A stretch of DNA of 58,499 nucleotides from a virus (IMGVR_UViG_3300046011_001509:1-58499), one strand, 5' to 3'. Shown: positions 18,801 to 27,530, counted from the stretch's first letter. Numbers and translations are program-made. Notes: generated by a model from the letters alone, not told the origin.

Positions 18801-21800
18801 CCACATAGAAGTAAAGGCGGTCTTTGATGTAGCCGCTTGATTGAGCGCGGTCACGCTCTGCGCCATTGAGACCGGAGCCGTGGAACTGGCTGCTGAGTAT
18901 CTTCCGGCGCTGCTGGCTGAAGTGAACTCCAACCTTGGCTACCGATCCTTCTCTGGCAACTCCGTAGTCGCGTTCGGCTTCTGCTGAAGACTGCGTAGCG
19001 TCTGCGAGAGCGCGTTCCTGAACTCTTGATCTTGTGCGTCCAGCGCTGCTATTGTCGATCCAGTCTTGTCGCTTACCAATAGATTCTCTTGCGAGTTTTC
19101 TGAGTTGAACGAGGTGATCCCTTTTCTCACTCCGAAGAATGGTCCGTCCTTCACTGGATCGTGTTTGCTCCGAATTACCTTTGCCATACTTGCCTTCTTT
19201 CAAATAGTCGCCACGGTTATCTGACCAAATCAACTCACTCTCATAGCGCTCAATCTCTTTGATATCCAATGCTGCGCCATCCCATTCAAGAGACTCAACT
19301 GCACTCACAATTCCAGCTTCAAACTCCTCATCACTCAGCCTTGACTCACCATTGAATGCTGTGAAGTTTCCAAACACCAACTCACTCGGCTTTGTTTGTG
19401 TGTTTGCGTCAGCGCGTGGGAACTTTTCGTGAATCAGATCGCGCAGTTCTTGTAGCTTACTGCTAGGGAACCCTTCAGGCAAGATCACCTTGATAAATGA
19501 GTTCTGATTACCACCGCTGGTGTTGCCCTCATCAAACACAACCATTGATTGCTGGTCGAGGATGTAGCCAAGCTCACGGGCTACATCGTTCAACTGGTCT
19601 TGAGTTGCGCTCTCTGGCGCGTCAATGATGAAGTTCGGATTCGTCTTTCCTTGGTACTGACCAGTGGACATATCAATGTCCCAGCCACGAAGACCGTGCA
19701 TATCCATCAAACTTCTGAATAGCTTTTGCGCTACGTTGCGATTGGCCGCAGCCTTCTCGCTCCACTCTTGCGCATCCCATTCCTGCGCCGTGCTTTCTCG
19801 CCTGCGCATCAACTTTTCCTTGTCACTCATTAAAGAGTAGTCTCTGGAAATCTTCTTGCCACCAAGCAATATTTCTTCGCCGGACTGGTCTTGCTCGTAC
19901 CCCCTGTCGACCGGGTGCGGAGCAACCTCACCGATTACACCCTTGCGGCTGTAGTCGGGATCATCCACCACTGAATCGCTGATAGTCCCGTCACGGCGAA
20001 GCTCAACAATCGCATCGCGCAGAACCATCTTGGCTTTGGTCAGGTCCGCAACATACTGGTCTACCGCTTTGGACTTGGCATTACCTTTGCCACCACGCAG
20101 TTCAGCGATCAGATCGTTAATGGTTTGCAGCCACTTGCTTGCCCATTGCTGGAAGTTCTTGGGGTCAGCTTTCGCAAGAGACTTGATGAACTCACGGTCT
20201 GTGGCGCGGTTGCCAACAAAGTCAGCCATCATCTCCTTGCGCGTCTCAGCCTTGTCAAGATAGCCCTTCGCGGCTTCCATCCTCAACGCACTGAGCTTGG
20301 CTTTCTGCGACACCGACCAATACTTCTGTGGCATCGGGTTACCCTTGCCGTCCTTGATCGAATCCGTGTAAGCGACTATCTCTGGAGAGGCGTTAATCCT
20401 GTCTGACGCAAGGAAGTTGGCGATGTAATCCAGCTTGCCTTTCTCCCCCATTGAGTCGTAGATTGCATCGACCTTGGAGATGTACTTCTGCGCGGGTGTG
20501 TTTGTCTTGCCGTCGCGTGTGTCAGCTTCGGCTTGCGCCTGCATGACGTGGTGGGTTTCATGCCACCCAGTTGTCAGTGCATTGGAGGTGAGTCCCTTGG
20601 TGTTGATGTAGACCTTGCCATCAAGCTGGATGCCATTGACTGAGTCAGGGCTTGGGTCACTGAATGCAACCACTTCAGCGGTAACGCCAAACAGCGCCTT
20701 CGCCTGCTGCATAGCAGCTTGAATCTGTGAGTCAGCCTTTGCATCTGGCGCTCCCAGAGTTATCTTCGGGTTGGTCGCCGGGTCTTTGGCGTTCCAGTGG
20801 TCTAGGACTTTTTGGGCTGACTCTCTGCTGGCAACGGCTGCTTGTTGAACAGACTGTTGTACGCTTGATCCCGCTGTGTTACCCACAACTGGAACTCCTG
20901 CGGCGACAGTGTTCGTCGCATTTCCTGTTCCTTGGCTTGCTCCAGTAGCGCTGTTCCGCACTGCCTCTGATTCATTTGCAACCTCCGTTGATTGTGGAAC
21001 CCGAGATAGTAAATCCGAATCACTGGTCCGCGCAATCGGGTTCGTTACTGTCGTTGCATTTGCTCCACTGGCTGGTTGACGTGGTTCACCCACAGCAGCA
21101 GCCGCAAGTCCTCCCGTGTCGGTTCCCACTCCATTTCCAGTCGCAGTTGCATCGACCACGCCTGTCGTGGCGTCAGCGCTCCCGCTTGGTAGGCTGACTG
21201 GATCGGTTGGTAGAACTCCAGTTGTGTTGCCATTAAGTACGCCTTCGATGTTTGCAGTTGCGGCTTGGATTGCCGGGTCAGCTTGCGCTTCACCGACTTG
21301 AGCTACGCCCCCCACAGACGCTTCAAACGCAGCGATGGCTGTGCTGGTATCAGGCGCGGAACTTATCGCAGCCGTGGCCCTATCCTGCCTCTGCTCTGGG
21401 CTATTGGCAAGGTTTGGATTCAGCGTTGTAGGCACATAGCGCTCTGGCTCTTTGCGTGACTCGCTGAGTGCAGCAACTCCTGCAAACGGACCGCTCGTCA
21501 ACGTTGCAGTAGCCATTGCCTCTGCAACACCCTCATCCCACTTCCTGCTCGGGTCAATGGTTTGTATTTGCTTGTTAGCGATGACGTTTGACGAACCTTC
21601 GTCAATGTTCTCGCCAGCCAATTCTTTGGCAACAATCTTGGCGAAACCTTGCTTCTCGGCAGTTTTACCAGCAGCCTTCGCTAGACCTGATGCAACCATT
21701 GCCGCTTCAGCGCCGCCATAACCAAACGCCATACCAATGGGGGCAGCTATCAGAGCAGCCATCCTTGCCTTGGTAGTGGCGATCTCTTTCCTTGCCTCAA

Positions 21801-22827
21801 GAGGGTCCATCCCCTTGTTGTCAACCAAGTCACGATAGTCTGGGTTCGCATCCATTAACGACTGTTTCGCCGCCATGACACCGTCATAGGTTGAACCAGC
21901 AGCGTCACCCGCTGACATACCGCCAGCCGCTGACATACCGCCAATCGTCCCGCCAAGCTTTGATGCCGTGCTGGCAATAGCTCCGCCAGACACAGCCTCT
22001 CCAAGCGCCAAGGTAGGGGATGCCCTGCCAGCAAGACCAACCGCTCCAGCCGCAGTTCCAGCCACAAGCTTAGATGCGCCAAGAATGCCGATGAAGTTTG
22101 GTATTTGCTTGATGCCCTCTTGTATTCCAAGAGAGGGGTTCGCCACAAGTGATGTCAATGTTTCAACATACTTGCCAAAGAAACCATCCTCTTCATCGAT
22201 ACGCTTACGCATGAGTGCGCGTTGCGCCTTTACTGTCTCAGACTCCTCGCCAGCAAAGTCTGCCTGTACTGCGCGGAAAGTATCTGCCAGCATGCTGCCG
22301 GGAGCGATGATGTTGGTTGGCAACTGTGCAAGCGATAAGGTTCCTTGCTTTAGCGCAGCAACTGAATCTCCAGCCCACTCACCAATACTGCGGAACTCAT
22401 CTGCCTTGGCTTTCAGAAGTGTGCCGTCATCTCCTGAGTCGTTGGCTTTTCTGGACGCATCAACCCCTCCAGCCAAAACCTTTGCGCCCCTAGCCGTAGA
22501 CCTGTCCGCAATGTCAGTCGCATTGGCTTTGGTGAACATGACAGACTGCGGACTCTTGCTTCGATTACGCGCTTCGCGGTTAGCAGCGAGGTCAACGTCA
22601 TCAGTCATTCCAGCAGGAGCCTCCATCGTCACATCCTGAAGAACGCTCTCCTTCTTTGGCGTACTTGCGCCAGTGGCAAAGTTACGCACGGAGTTCATAG
22701 CGCTGCCGACCATATCCATCATGGATGGCTCTGGAATCGCCTCAACTGCTTTAGCCTCTGGTGCGTCTGGCAAGTCGTCAAACAAGCCACTATGCGTCAC
22801 TGGCAAGTCATCAAATAGTCCAGCCAT
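12847..22827 (-). CDS. 3326-aa polyvalent (LPD38-type) internal virion protein with two HExxH peptidases, ART-like, GNAT-like and topoisomerase IB core domains
   Basis: Last gene of the late operon after ejection proteins; WHETHH, IHELYGHIG, TGFRIG/FIGKSG/HDFRTW/HYVDP, C-terminal NLTVNFNRFG...FLFYNASVQG...YWDKIPDFEKERNLII LPD38-like region. Confidence 0.85.
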   Translation of the reverse strand: MAGLFDDLPVTHSGLFDDLPDAPEAKAVEAIPEPSMMDMVGSAMNSVRNFATGASTPKKESVLQDVTMEAPAGMTDDVDLAANREARNRSKSPQSVMFTKANATDIADRSTARGAKVLAGGVDASRKANDSGDDGTLLKAKADEFRSIGEWAGDSVAALKQGTLSLAQLPTNIIAPGSMLADTFRAVQADFAGEESETVKAQRALMRKRIDEEDGFFGKYVETLTSLVANPSLGIQEGIKQIPNFIGILGASKLVAGTAAGAVGLAGRASPTLALGEAVSGGAIASTASKLGGTIGGMSAAGGMSAGDAAGSTYDGVMAAKQSLMDANPDYRDLVDNKGMDPLEARKEIATTKARMAALIAAPIGMAFGYGGAEAAMVASGLAKAAGKTAEKQGFAKIVAKELAGENIDEGSSNVIANKQIQTIDPSRKWDEGVAEAMATATLTSGPFAGVAALSESRKEPERYVPTTLNPNLANSPEQRQDRATAAISSAPDTSTAIAAFEASVGGVAQVGEAQADPAIQAATANIEGVLNGNTTGVLPTDPVSLPSGSADATTGVVDATATGNGVGTDTGGLAAAAVGEPRQPASGANATTVTNPIARTSDSDLLSRVPQSTEVANESEAVRNSATGASQGTGNATNTVAAGVPVVGNTAGSSVQQSVQQAAVASRESAQKVLDHWNAKDPATNPKITLGAPDAKADSQIQAAMQQAKALFGVTAEVVAFSDPSPDSVNGIQLDGKVYINTKGLTSNALTTGWHETHHVMQAQAEADTRDGKTNTPAQKYISKVDAIYDSMGEKGKLDYIANFLASDRINASPEIVAYTDSIKDGKGNPMPQKYWSVSQKAKLSALRMEAAKGYLDKAETRKEMMADFVGNRATDREFIKSLAKADPKNFQQWASKWLQTINDLIAELRGGKGNAKSKAVDQYVADLTKAKMVLRDAIVELRRDGTISDSVVDDPDYSRKGVIGEVAPHPVDRGYEQDQSGEEILLGGKKISRDYSLMSDKEKLMRRRESTAQEWDAQEWSEKAAANRNVAQKLFRSLMDMHGLRGWDIDMSTGQYQGKTNPNFIIDAPESATQDQLNDVARELGYILDQQSMVVFDEGNTSGGNQNSFIKVILPEGFPSSKLQELRDLIHEKFPRADANTQTKPSELVFGNFTAFNGESRLSDEEFEAGIVSAVESLEWDGAALDIKEIERYESELIWSDNRGDYLKEGKYGKGNSEQTRSSEGRTILRSEKRDHLVQLRKLARESIGKRQDWIDNSSAGRTRSRVQERALADATQSSAEAERDYGVAREGSVAKVGVHFSQQRRKILSSQFHGSGLNGAERDRAQSSGYIKDRLYFYVDRGNGVTPEAGVGGVKHIIKLNNLYDVSKDHKGFGRMSTGATEQERQTKFENFVKNAGFDGYFMDKAANQDFAVLLGKHSIEMPSYKRRTKSVDDFVYDEDTTGDLGNFNLDAIEVEELDKEDIGDLDFTSPDDDALSALADEAAFRQRMVNRARRIDNPQGPKAVTKESMAQHGIFPERAFAHTFGNPDFNGDSVGSSVGMNPNAAYPHSTITKVGDDQYKVSAAAGWFDNGSNYTKNVAINLFKAHLVRGFIHDSGYDIASAYKKGTNLKIAKAWLELAKAKNAFKYKTSTSTDFTQIGKDLDAFNGYSVSVDSTNIRDATIRFIDKSTNHNYLAVTHFSELSDDDGFAVNTMGLKGSRVGTAVYAVIGQWAKNQKEKFYCDTNISAVNTFRRTEQSFSFAIKTGDSTTLLPGQQNRIYGFDENASTPEEHLMNISRLAIANMRNVMEVLPDTTTTENGSHKATYKPSTSQWIDENDSPTMIGLTRLSLDPETGVFTDSSGKDVTKGIQRWLNDPKNRGTGIGESTLARAVMTNGIIMGKVDANEVNEFAKPIAYARKRIDVLAVEDVEGVAEKGYTKEQKAAALVEKFKRMRDFHNDRDSLLTQIERDATAGKEEAVVLRLIAHTGFRIGGGMSKSGPTYGASTLRPEHVKVTGDVAQFDFIGKSGVQQRHSIKNADIAKDISKRMGGESLFKTADRAVRKYKDSLDGGKKYKVHDFRTWQATKSAQLVVDGMPQPTNEAEFKAYVDLALQAAATKIGDTLATTKEHYVDPQIFDGWRNSAGVSESESEGSDGANEAATSEANDGAAGQGSNEPGVRDSEEGLTGYKRSITSLGGVSTKITAGQEAAFIGKLNQSLLGSGNTIHLVKTHGDLPVNVQQVSSPGDMGITFGRGDVYIVQDNIHSAEDFESTVIHELYGHIGLRALFGPEIYKRLNKLSLSLGESKIAYLVQKYKLDTNGYVNFANNITTSQHMNRAAGGQSEIRRAWLMEEVLSHIAENETGSLRQFALEVVGAIKSWLRDNGFMQLAKLDMADIAHILKQSRVAAFEKSGVVDVPMFKRKGYPAAQGLPEESKGQAIQRVMQDKYNRVKMVQDLLLEGGGVVGEEQDVYRAEERMHGRVHEVLRDFADNVVHPLINKAVEYKVDLNELAAYAYAKHAKERNAHIQKTNQHVKTGSGMSDAEADNIIQLVELSQDAAKFEELHADLLAITSTTRRLMLDEGLITQDQYDGLESQYENYVPLRGFEDVDPDSGSVRPGLGRGFNTKGKETIAAMGRDSKAGDIIENIIRDYERITIRAERNAVGKTFLDLVTSNPDANLWEVQPMTRATRKVNGLIEYVDTLDKGDETISVKVGGEQVYIKINDPLLLRAMQNTFKAETSDAEMMMTKTLGVYTSLLRNTITRYNPVFGLVNAARDAQMGAAAIFDELGAEGLRRYTANYGAAGVASWRVERNTSDPQAHPMDKWMREMRFAGGTTGGVFMRDHASIRQELRDAMLQAGAAPISFDASNKSGVINKLDHYATAAGERARKTTAWWATGKLLHGLELVGSMSENTARLAAYATAREMGKTPAQAASIAKNLTVNFNRFGEQGQLINTAFLFYNASVQGSVRIYQMAKNPKVRYAMAGMASVGMGLALWAASVGGDDEDGQAYWDKIPDFEKERNLIIMLTPGADIGEKVGTHGRYMKFPMAYGLNVFPVLGYQLADLARNVKDPARGVGAVKVAINMLSATAGSYNPAGGSFDPRDEHQAALAWRPTILDAEYQIREGVDGFGRKLGPEKSPYDQKPDSETVSATNHGRVEHRIARWLNSVSGGNMALKGAVDIEPGTIKNLEGIVGGGLGRFVGDVINLGYLGAIDAPINTRDIPIYKAFYGEYDSKSGMSLFYDRSKEAKKEFADMKAQAKIGIQPKYSDEKKFLQGMGAYAENISEMMGDLKKEEVKIAESNSTDKEKELKRRMVQKKREKMAEDFNTDWYKKESKLKRKS

Positions 22828-23894
22828 TACAGTCCTTTGGTGTCGATGCCCATCATCTTCAAACGGGCTTTCACTTTTTCTGGGTCTTTGCCAGCCTTGA
22901 TTGCAGCCTTGGCTTCTGTCAGTGCAGAATCCTTATTCACGTTCTTGGGTGGAGTCCACGAGTCAGCCTTTGGCTTTTCTGCTTTCGATGGAGAGCTTTG
23001 TTCTCCAGACTGTGAGCCAGCAAGCAAGCTCATATAAGTCCGCTGCTCTTCTCGCATAACGGAAATATTGTCTTGCACAGCCTTCTTCTCTTCTTCGTTG
23101 TAAATGTTTTTCAACGATGCAGTAGCGGTCTTGATGTCAGAGCCAACGCGATTCATAAGCGCTGTGTAAGTCTTCCGTTCGCCCTCGTTCAAGCTCTTTC
23201 CGCTGCCACCACCCATCTTCTCCAGACGCGCCATCGCTTCTACATGGCGTTGCCTACTTTCTTCCTTGTCTTGAATCAACCGCGCATCGCCTTGCTCAAC
23301 CTTGCGTTCAGCCAAGACTCTATCCGCTGCATCCTTGTTGTCCTTAAATACAGTGGCGCGAGACTCCTTCAGTGACTTCGATGTGTCGTAGTAGCCCTTG
23401 CTGTCAGAGGCTTTGATCTGGTCATCAATCTCTGATATCTGAGTCTTTGGCTTGACATAGCCAGCCTTCTCATAGGTGGCGCGGTTCGTCTTCAACAAGC
23501 CAGCCAACTCTTCAGGCGTAGCGCTAGGAGAGTCTCCAGCGATCTTCGACTGGGTTTCAATCAACCCGCCGACATCGCGCTTCTTGCCTATCTCTTCGGC
23601 ATCGGATTTGACTTCAGCTTCCTGCCTACCAAGGCGCTCTTCGGTACTCTTGCGAGTGTCTTCCTTCTGTTCGGCATCCTGCTTCAGCTTCTTCCCGTGG
23701 TCCTCAAGGTCGCGCTCTCTGCGAATCTTGTCCAGTCGCTCAGAGAGTTCCATCTTCTTCTGGTCGCGCAGTTCCTCGTAGGCATTCTTGCGAGTCTCGG
23801 CTTGCTGGCGTATTTCATCTTGAATCATCGCGCCGCCAAAGTCGCTGACGCTGCGTCCAAGCGCTTCACCCATGTAGTTGCCAATCATTCCCAT
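22827..23894 (-). CDS. Putative internal virion/ejection protein (coiled-coil)
   Basis: Charged helical protein adjacent to the giant protein. Confidence 0.65.
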   Translation of the reverse strand: MGMIGNYMGEALGRSVSDFGGAMIQDEIRQQAETRKNAYEELRDQKKMELSERLDKIRRERDLEDHGKKLKQDAEQKEDTRKSTEERLGRQEAEVKSDAEEIGKKRDVGGLIETQSKIAGDSPSATPEELAGLLKTNRATYEKAGYVKPKTQISEIDDQIKASDSKGYYDTSKSLKESRATVFKDNKDAADRVLAERKVEQGDARLIQDKEESRQRHVEAMARLEKMGGGSGKSLNEGERKTYTALMNRVGSDIKTATASLKNIYNEEEKKAVQDNISVMREEQRTYMSLLAGSQSGEQSSPSKAEKPKADSWTPPKNVNKDSALTEAKAAIKAGKDPEKVKARLKMMGIDTKGL

Positions 23895-23896
23895 GA

Positions 23897-24340
23897 TTAC
23901 CTCCGAGCCATGTGTGCGTCAATCTGACCAGCAATGTCGTCTGGCGGAGCAAGCATCTCATCTGCCTTTGCAGGATCGACTCCGTTCTCCGACAGGAACC
24001 GCATCAGCATGTTCCGTGTCGCCATCGAAATCTCCTGCCCACCGATCTTTACTCCAGCCGCGATGCCAGCTTCAGCAACCTGCCCCAGCACATCAGCGGC
24101 AACAGCAGGCAGCATCTCTGGGTCCATCATCCCGCGCGACTTCTCGTCCAAGGTTGCGGTGATTTGGTAGGCAAACTTCGCAAGGTCGGTAGCAACATCC
24201 TTGCTGCTCTTCAAGGCTGCAACAACGTTGTCCGCTCCATTCGATTCTCCGAACAATAGCTCCATCGCAGCCGTGGAGAACTTCTCCAATTCAGCACGTT
24301 GCTCCTTGGAGAATCCTTCTGCTTGAGTCTTAGCCTGCAT
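23897..24340 (-). CDS. Hypothetical virion-associated protein
   Basis: ORF in the ejection module; start at MQAKTQ. Confidence 0.6.
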   Translation of the reverse strand: MQAKTQAEGFSKEQRAELEKFSTAAMELLFGESNGADNVVAALKSSKDVATDLAKFAYQITATLDEKSRGMMDPEMLPAVAADVLGQVAEAGIAAGVKIGGQEISMATRNMLMRFLSENGVDPAKADEMLAPPDDIAGQIDAHMARR

Positions 24341-25076
24341 TGCCGTTCCTTTGTGCGTAGGTGTTTGGTACTTGCGTTGCATACCCTTTGATCAATCCGG
24401 GGATGGTGTACGCAGCGCGGAGCTTTTCTTCCTTGGCGCGTTCAGCCTCTTCAGCAGCAGCTCCCTTGAAGTAGCCACCAGCCAAGTCGCCAGCCATCTT
24501 GACGCCCTGCATTTGGACCAATGGGTTAGACATCATCTTGCCAATCAATCCTGCGGGTGCTGCTGGCGCTGCCGCTGGTGTTGCCAAAATATTTGCCAAT
24601 TCAGTTGGAGCGGCGTACCCAGCGTTAATCAACCCGCCAGTCTGTGTTGCGGCAGTAGATGCTCCACCAGCCACGGCTTCTCCGGCAGCGTATGTTTGAG
24701 CGCCAAAGTCAGCAGCAGCGCCAGCAGCACCACCGCCAGCCGTTGCCAGCCCTGCTCCAGCCACTTCACCACCGAACCCAGATGCAATAGCCGAGCCTGC
24801 CGCGCTAAACTCCCCGGCTAGTAGCGAAGTCCCCGCCGACATAAGACTGGACCCGGCAGCGCTCATTCCAGAGATTCCCCCTGAGATGGCACCCCCGATC
24901 CCGCTACCAGCGGCTGAACCCATAGCTCCTGAGATGAAGGCACCGCCGAAGTAGATGGCAGCAGCGCCAATGACAGCTTTGCCTATGCCGCTACTCGCAA
25001 CGTCTTTGACGGCTTTTACAACACCATTGACGACTGAGCCAACAGCGTCGAATACTCCAGTTACAACTTGCGACAT
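24330..25076 (-). CDS. Gly/Ala-rich DNA ejection (pilot-like) protein
   Basis: Hydrophobic Gly/Ala N-terminus typical of podovirus ejection proteins; follows a GNAT gene. Confidence 0.65.
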   Translation of the reverse strand: MSQVVTGVFDAVGSVVNGVVKAVKDVASSGIGKAVIGAAAIYFGGAFISGAMGSAAGSGIGGAISGGISGMSAAGSSLMSAGTSLLAGEFSAAGSAIASGFGGEVAGAGLATAGGGAAGAAADFGAQTYAAGEAVAGGASTAATQTGGLINAGYAAPTELANILATPAAAPAAPAGLIGKMMSNPLVQMQGVKMAGDLAGGYFKGAAAEEAERAKEEKLRAAYTIPGLIKGYATQVPNTYAQRNGNAG

Positions 25077-25513
25077 TAAAGCCCCCTACAGAAAGTGAGT
25101 GATTGCGTCTGAAGCCCAAAGCCCAGTCGCTGTAAAAGTTTTGCCAGTCTCGGATCGGCATCCGGTTCCAAGCTGAAGATTGCCAGCTTGATTGATGGTC
25201 GGCTCTTGACCCACCGCGCGTACTCTCGCAGCAGTTCAATTCCAAGGCCGGGTGTTTTTGTGTAGAACATGCAGACGCTTGATTGCTGTCGCTCAAACCA
25301 GAAGCCGTTTCCAGTCTTGGCAGCAACACAAGCTTTGACGACACCATCAACCTCTCCAACCCACACAAAGTCTGCGCTGCATGAGATGCCTTGTGTCAGC
25401 ATGTTCACCATGCTTTGGCGATTAATCTTGAGTGGGAGTGGATTCCGAGACACCGATTCCACTGCAAGCTCAACGATTGCAGGGATATCGGAGGGTTTGG
25501 CTTTGCGGATCAA
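25076..25513 (-). CDS. GNAT-family acetyltransferase
   Basis: MIRKAKPSDIPAIVEL...FVWVGEVDG...PGLGIELL...LLQRLGF. Confidence 0.75.
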   Translation of the reverse strand: MIRKAKPSDIPAIVELAVESVSRNPLPLKINRQSMVNMLTQGISCSADFVWVGEVDGVVKACVAAKTGNGFWFERQQSSVCMFYTKTPGLGIELLREYARWVKSRPSIKLAIFSLEPDADPRLAKLLQRLGFGLQTQSLTFCRGL

Positions 25514-26973
25514 CCTGCGCCTTCAGGCCAGAAGTCTGCGAGGTCAAGACCCGCAAGCTGGTAGTACACCTTGGCAGACGCGCGCGAACGGTCTTGCTCG
25601 GCTTGAATCAGTGCAGGCTTCAGGTCACCCGGTATCTCTGGGTTGTTCGTGATCTTGCTGATGTTCTGGTTGCCAATGTTGATCTCAGACACAAACGACT
25701 GGTAGGCTTGGCTCTCTTTGCCTGCCTTGGTCTTCATGTCCTGAAGCTCTTTCTCCATGCCGAACTTCTGGGCATTGAGCAGCGTGTCGTTGCTGAACTG
25801 AGCTTCCATCTTGGCTTTGTCGTAGCCATTGCCAATTGCCATAGTCGCCAGCGTATTGATCTGCTGCTGGCTCATCTTGCTCAAGTCGTAGCCGTACTGA
25901 GTCGCAAGCTTTCCAAGGTCGGCAATGTTCTGCACGTCCATCTTTTGCAGGTCGTATCCTTGACCAACAAACATCTTCTCCAGCGAGTTCTTCTGGTCAA
26001 CGCCCATCTTCTGGAGGTCAAACCCGTTGGCAACGCCCATCTTCCAGCCGTCAAGTGTGGCACCGTACTGCATCTCGTCTTTCGACAGCAATGACTTCTG
26101 GGTCAACTGGTCGCTGGTGATCTTGCCCTGAAGACCAACTGCGCCCAACTCTGCCGCCGTCTTGTACTGGAGATTCGATCTGTCGTTAGCAGCGCCGAAT
26201 GCAACCTTGGTGAAGTCGTTGAGTTGACCAGCATTGAACTGACTAGCGGTGTTCTGCGCGTTGACGTTGGTAGTCGCAGCGTTGGAGTAAATGTTTGAGT
26301 CGTTCAGAGCGAACTGACCAGCGGCGTCAATCGCTGCGTTAACCCCTGCGCCTTGAGCCAAGCTACTAGACAGCAGCCCACGCTCATTCATCTTATCCAT
26401 AGCCAACTCTTTGGCTCTGGTAATGTACGGGCTGTCAGACGCCAGCATGGCTTGCAGTAGACCAGCCGATGTCTTCGATGGGTCTACCGTAACCTGCGCG
26501 GCTTGGTATGTCTTTGCTGGTGCTATTGCTGGTGGTGGTGTCCCGGCAGCAGCCGCAGCAGCCAGTATCTTGTCGATTGCTGCGGAGTAGTCTGGAGCAG
26601 CAGCAGCAGCGGGTGCGGCTGACTGCTGTGTCACTGTCGATGGAGCCGGGGCTTGCGTAACAACTGGGGTAACCACCGCATCTGTGACAGCTTTTTCAAC
26701 GACAGCTTTGTCATTATTCTTGACAACCGCAGTAGCCGCTGGAGCCTTCCATGCAGCGACTTGGTCTGCCGTGTAGGTATTTCCACCTGTCCCAGTGAAG
26801 AGTGGCGCAAAGTCCTTGTCGGTAAATCCGTAGGTTTGCTGGTTCTGGTTATAGAACGCCTTGGCAGCGCCCTCGTTTCCGCCAGCAACCAAATCACCAA
26901 TCTTGTTGGCGACTCCTCTAGCTGCTGCTACATGCGCGGCATTATTGGGATCGTATACTTCGACATTCGCCAT
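25510..26973 (-). CDS. Putative internal virion protein
   Basis: RGLLSSSLA motif; repeated G(Y/F)DLxKM helical units. Confidence 0.65.
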   Translation of the reverse strand: MANVEVYDPNNAAHVAAARGVANKIGDLVAGGNEGAAKAFYNQNQQTYGFTDKDFAPLFTGTGGNTYTADQVAAWKAPAATAVVKNNDKAVVEKAVTDAVVTPVVTQAPAPSTVTQQSAAPAAAAAPDYSAAIDKILAAAAAAGTPPPAIAPAKTYQAAQVTVDPSKTSAGLLQAMLASDSPYITRAKELAMDKMNERGLLSSSLAQGAGVNAAIDAAGQFALNDSNIYSNAATTNVNAQNTASQFNAGQLNDFTKVAFGAANDRSNLQYKTAAELGAVGLQGKITSDQLTQKSLLSKDEMQYGATLDGWKMGVANGFDLQKMGVDQKNSLEKMFVGQGYDLQKMDVQNIADLGKLATQYGYDLSKMSQQQINTLATMAIGNGYDKAKMEAQFSNDTLLNAQKFGMEKELQDMKTKAGKESQAYQSFVSEINIGNQNISKITNNPEIPGDLKPALIQAEQDRSRASAKVYYQLAGLDLADFWPEGAG

Positions 26974-27023
26974 GATTTAAGCCTTTTGCGCGTCCAGCTT
27001 TCGCTTGACTTGTGGTTTATATT

Positions 27024-27530
27024 TTACTTGACAGGTGCAGAATTAGCCAGCATTTCGCTCTTGCGTTGACTGCCGCTTGAACTGCCAAGCCAGAAGTTCA
27101 CCACTGCGCCAAAGGCCGCGCCCAGCGCACCCAGCATGATGAGAAGTGGCTCAGTGGGCTTGTATTCCCAGACCAGCATCGTGATTAGGATGGAGAAGAA
27201 CCCAACAGTGATGAATGTGGACAACGTGGCTGGGAAGTAGCTCTTCGTCTGCTTCTGCATGTCCCGTGCATCTTGCGTGTTCTTGAATTCAAGTTCAGCG
27301 TAGCGGAACCCGCGCTCCTTTTCGTCGTTCTGGTATTTGAGTTCAAGCTGCTTGATGGCAGTCAACTGGTCAGGCGTCATCCGACCATCTTGGAAGACCT
27401 TTGACACTTGCTCAGTCGTGGCGCCATCAATGCCGAAAATCTTGCCCAGCGCGGCAACAGCTACGCCGCCCAACGGACCCATGATTGCGCTTGCCAGAGT
27501 AGGGGCAAGACCTGCCAGAAAGTCGTTCAT
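27024..27530 (-). CDS. Holin (3TM, GTA-type)
   Basis: LAPTLASAIMGPLGG...two C-terminal TMs...VVNFWLGSSSGS; next to the endolysin. Confidence 0.75.
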   Translation of the reverse strand: MNDFLAGLAPTLASAIMGPLGGVAVAALGKIFGIDGATTEQVSKVFQDGRMTPDQLTAIKQLELKYQNDEKERGFRYAELEFKNTQDARDMQKQTKSYFPATLSTFITVGFFSILITMLVWEYKPTEPLLIMLGALGAAFGAVVNFWLGSSSGSQRKSEMLANSAPVK

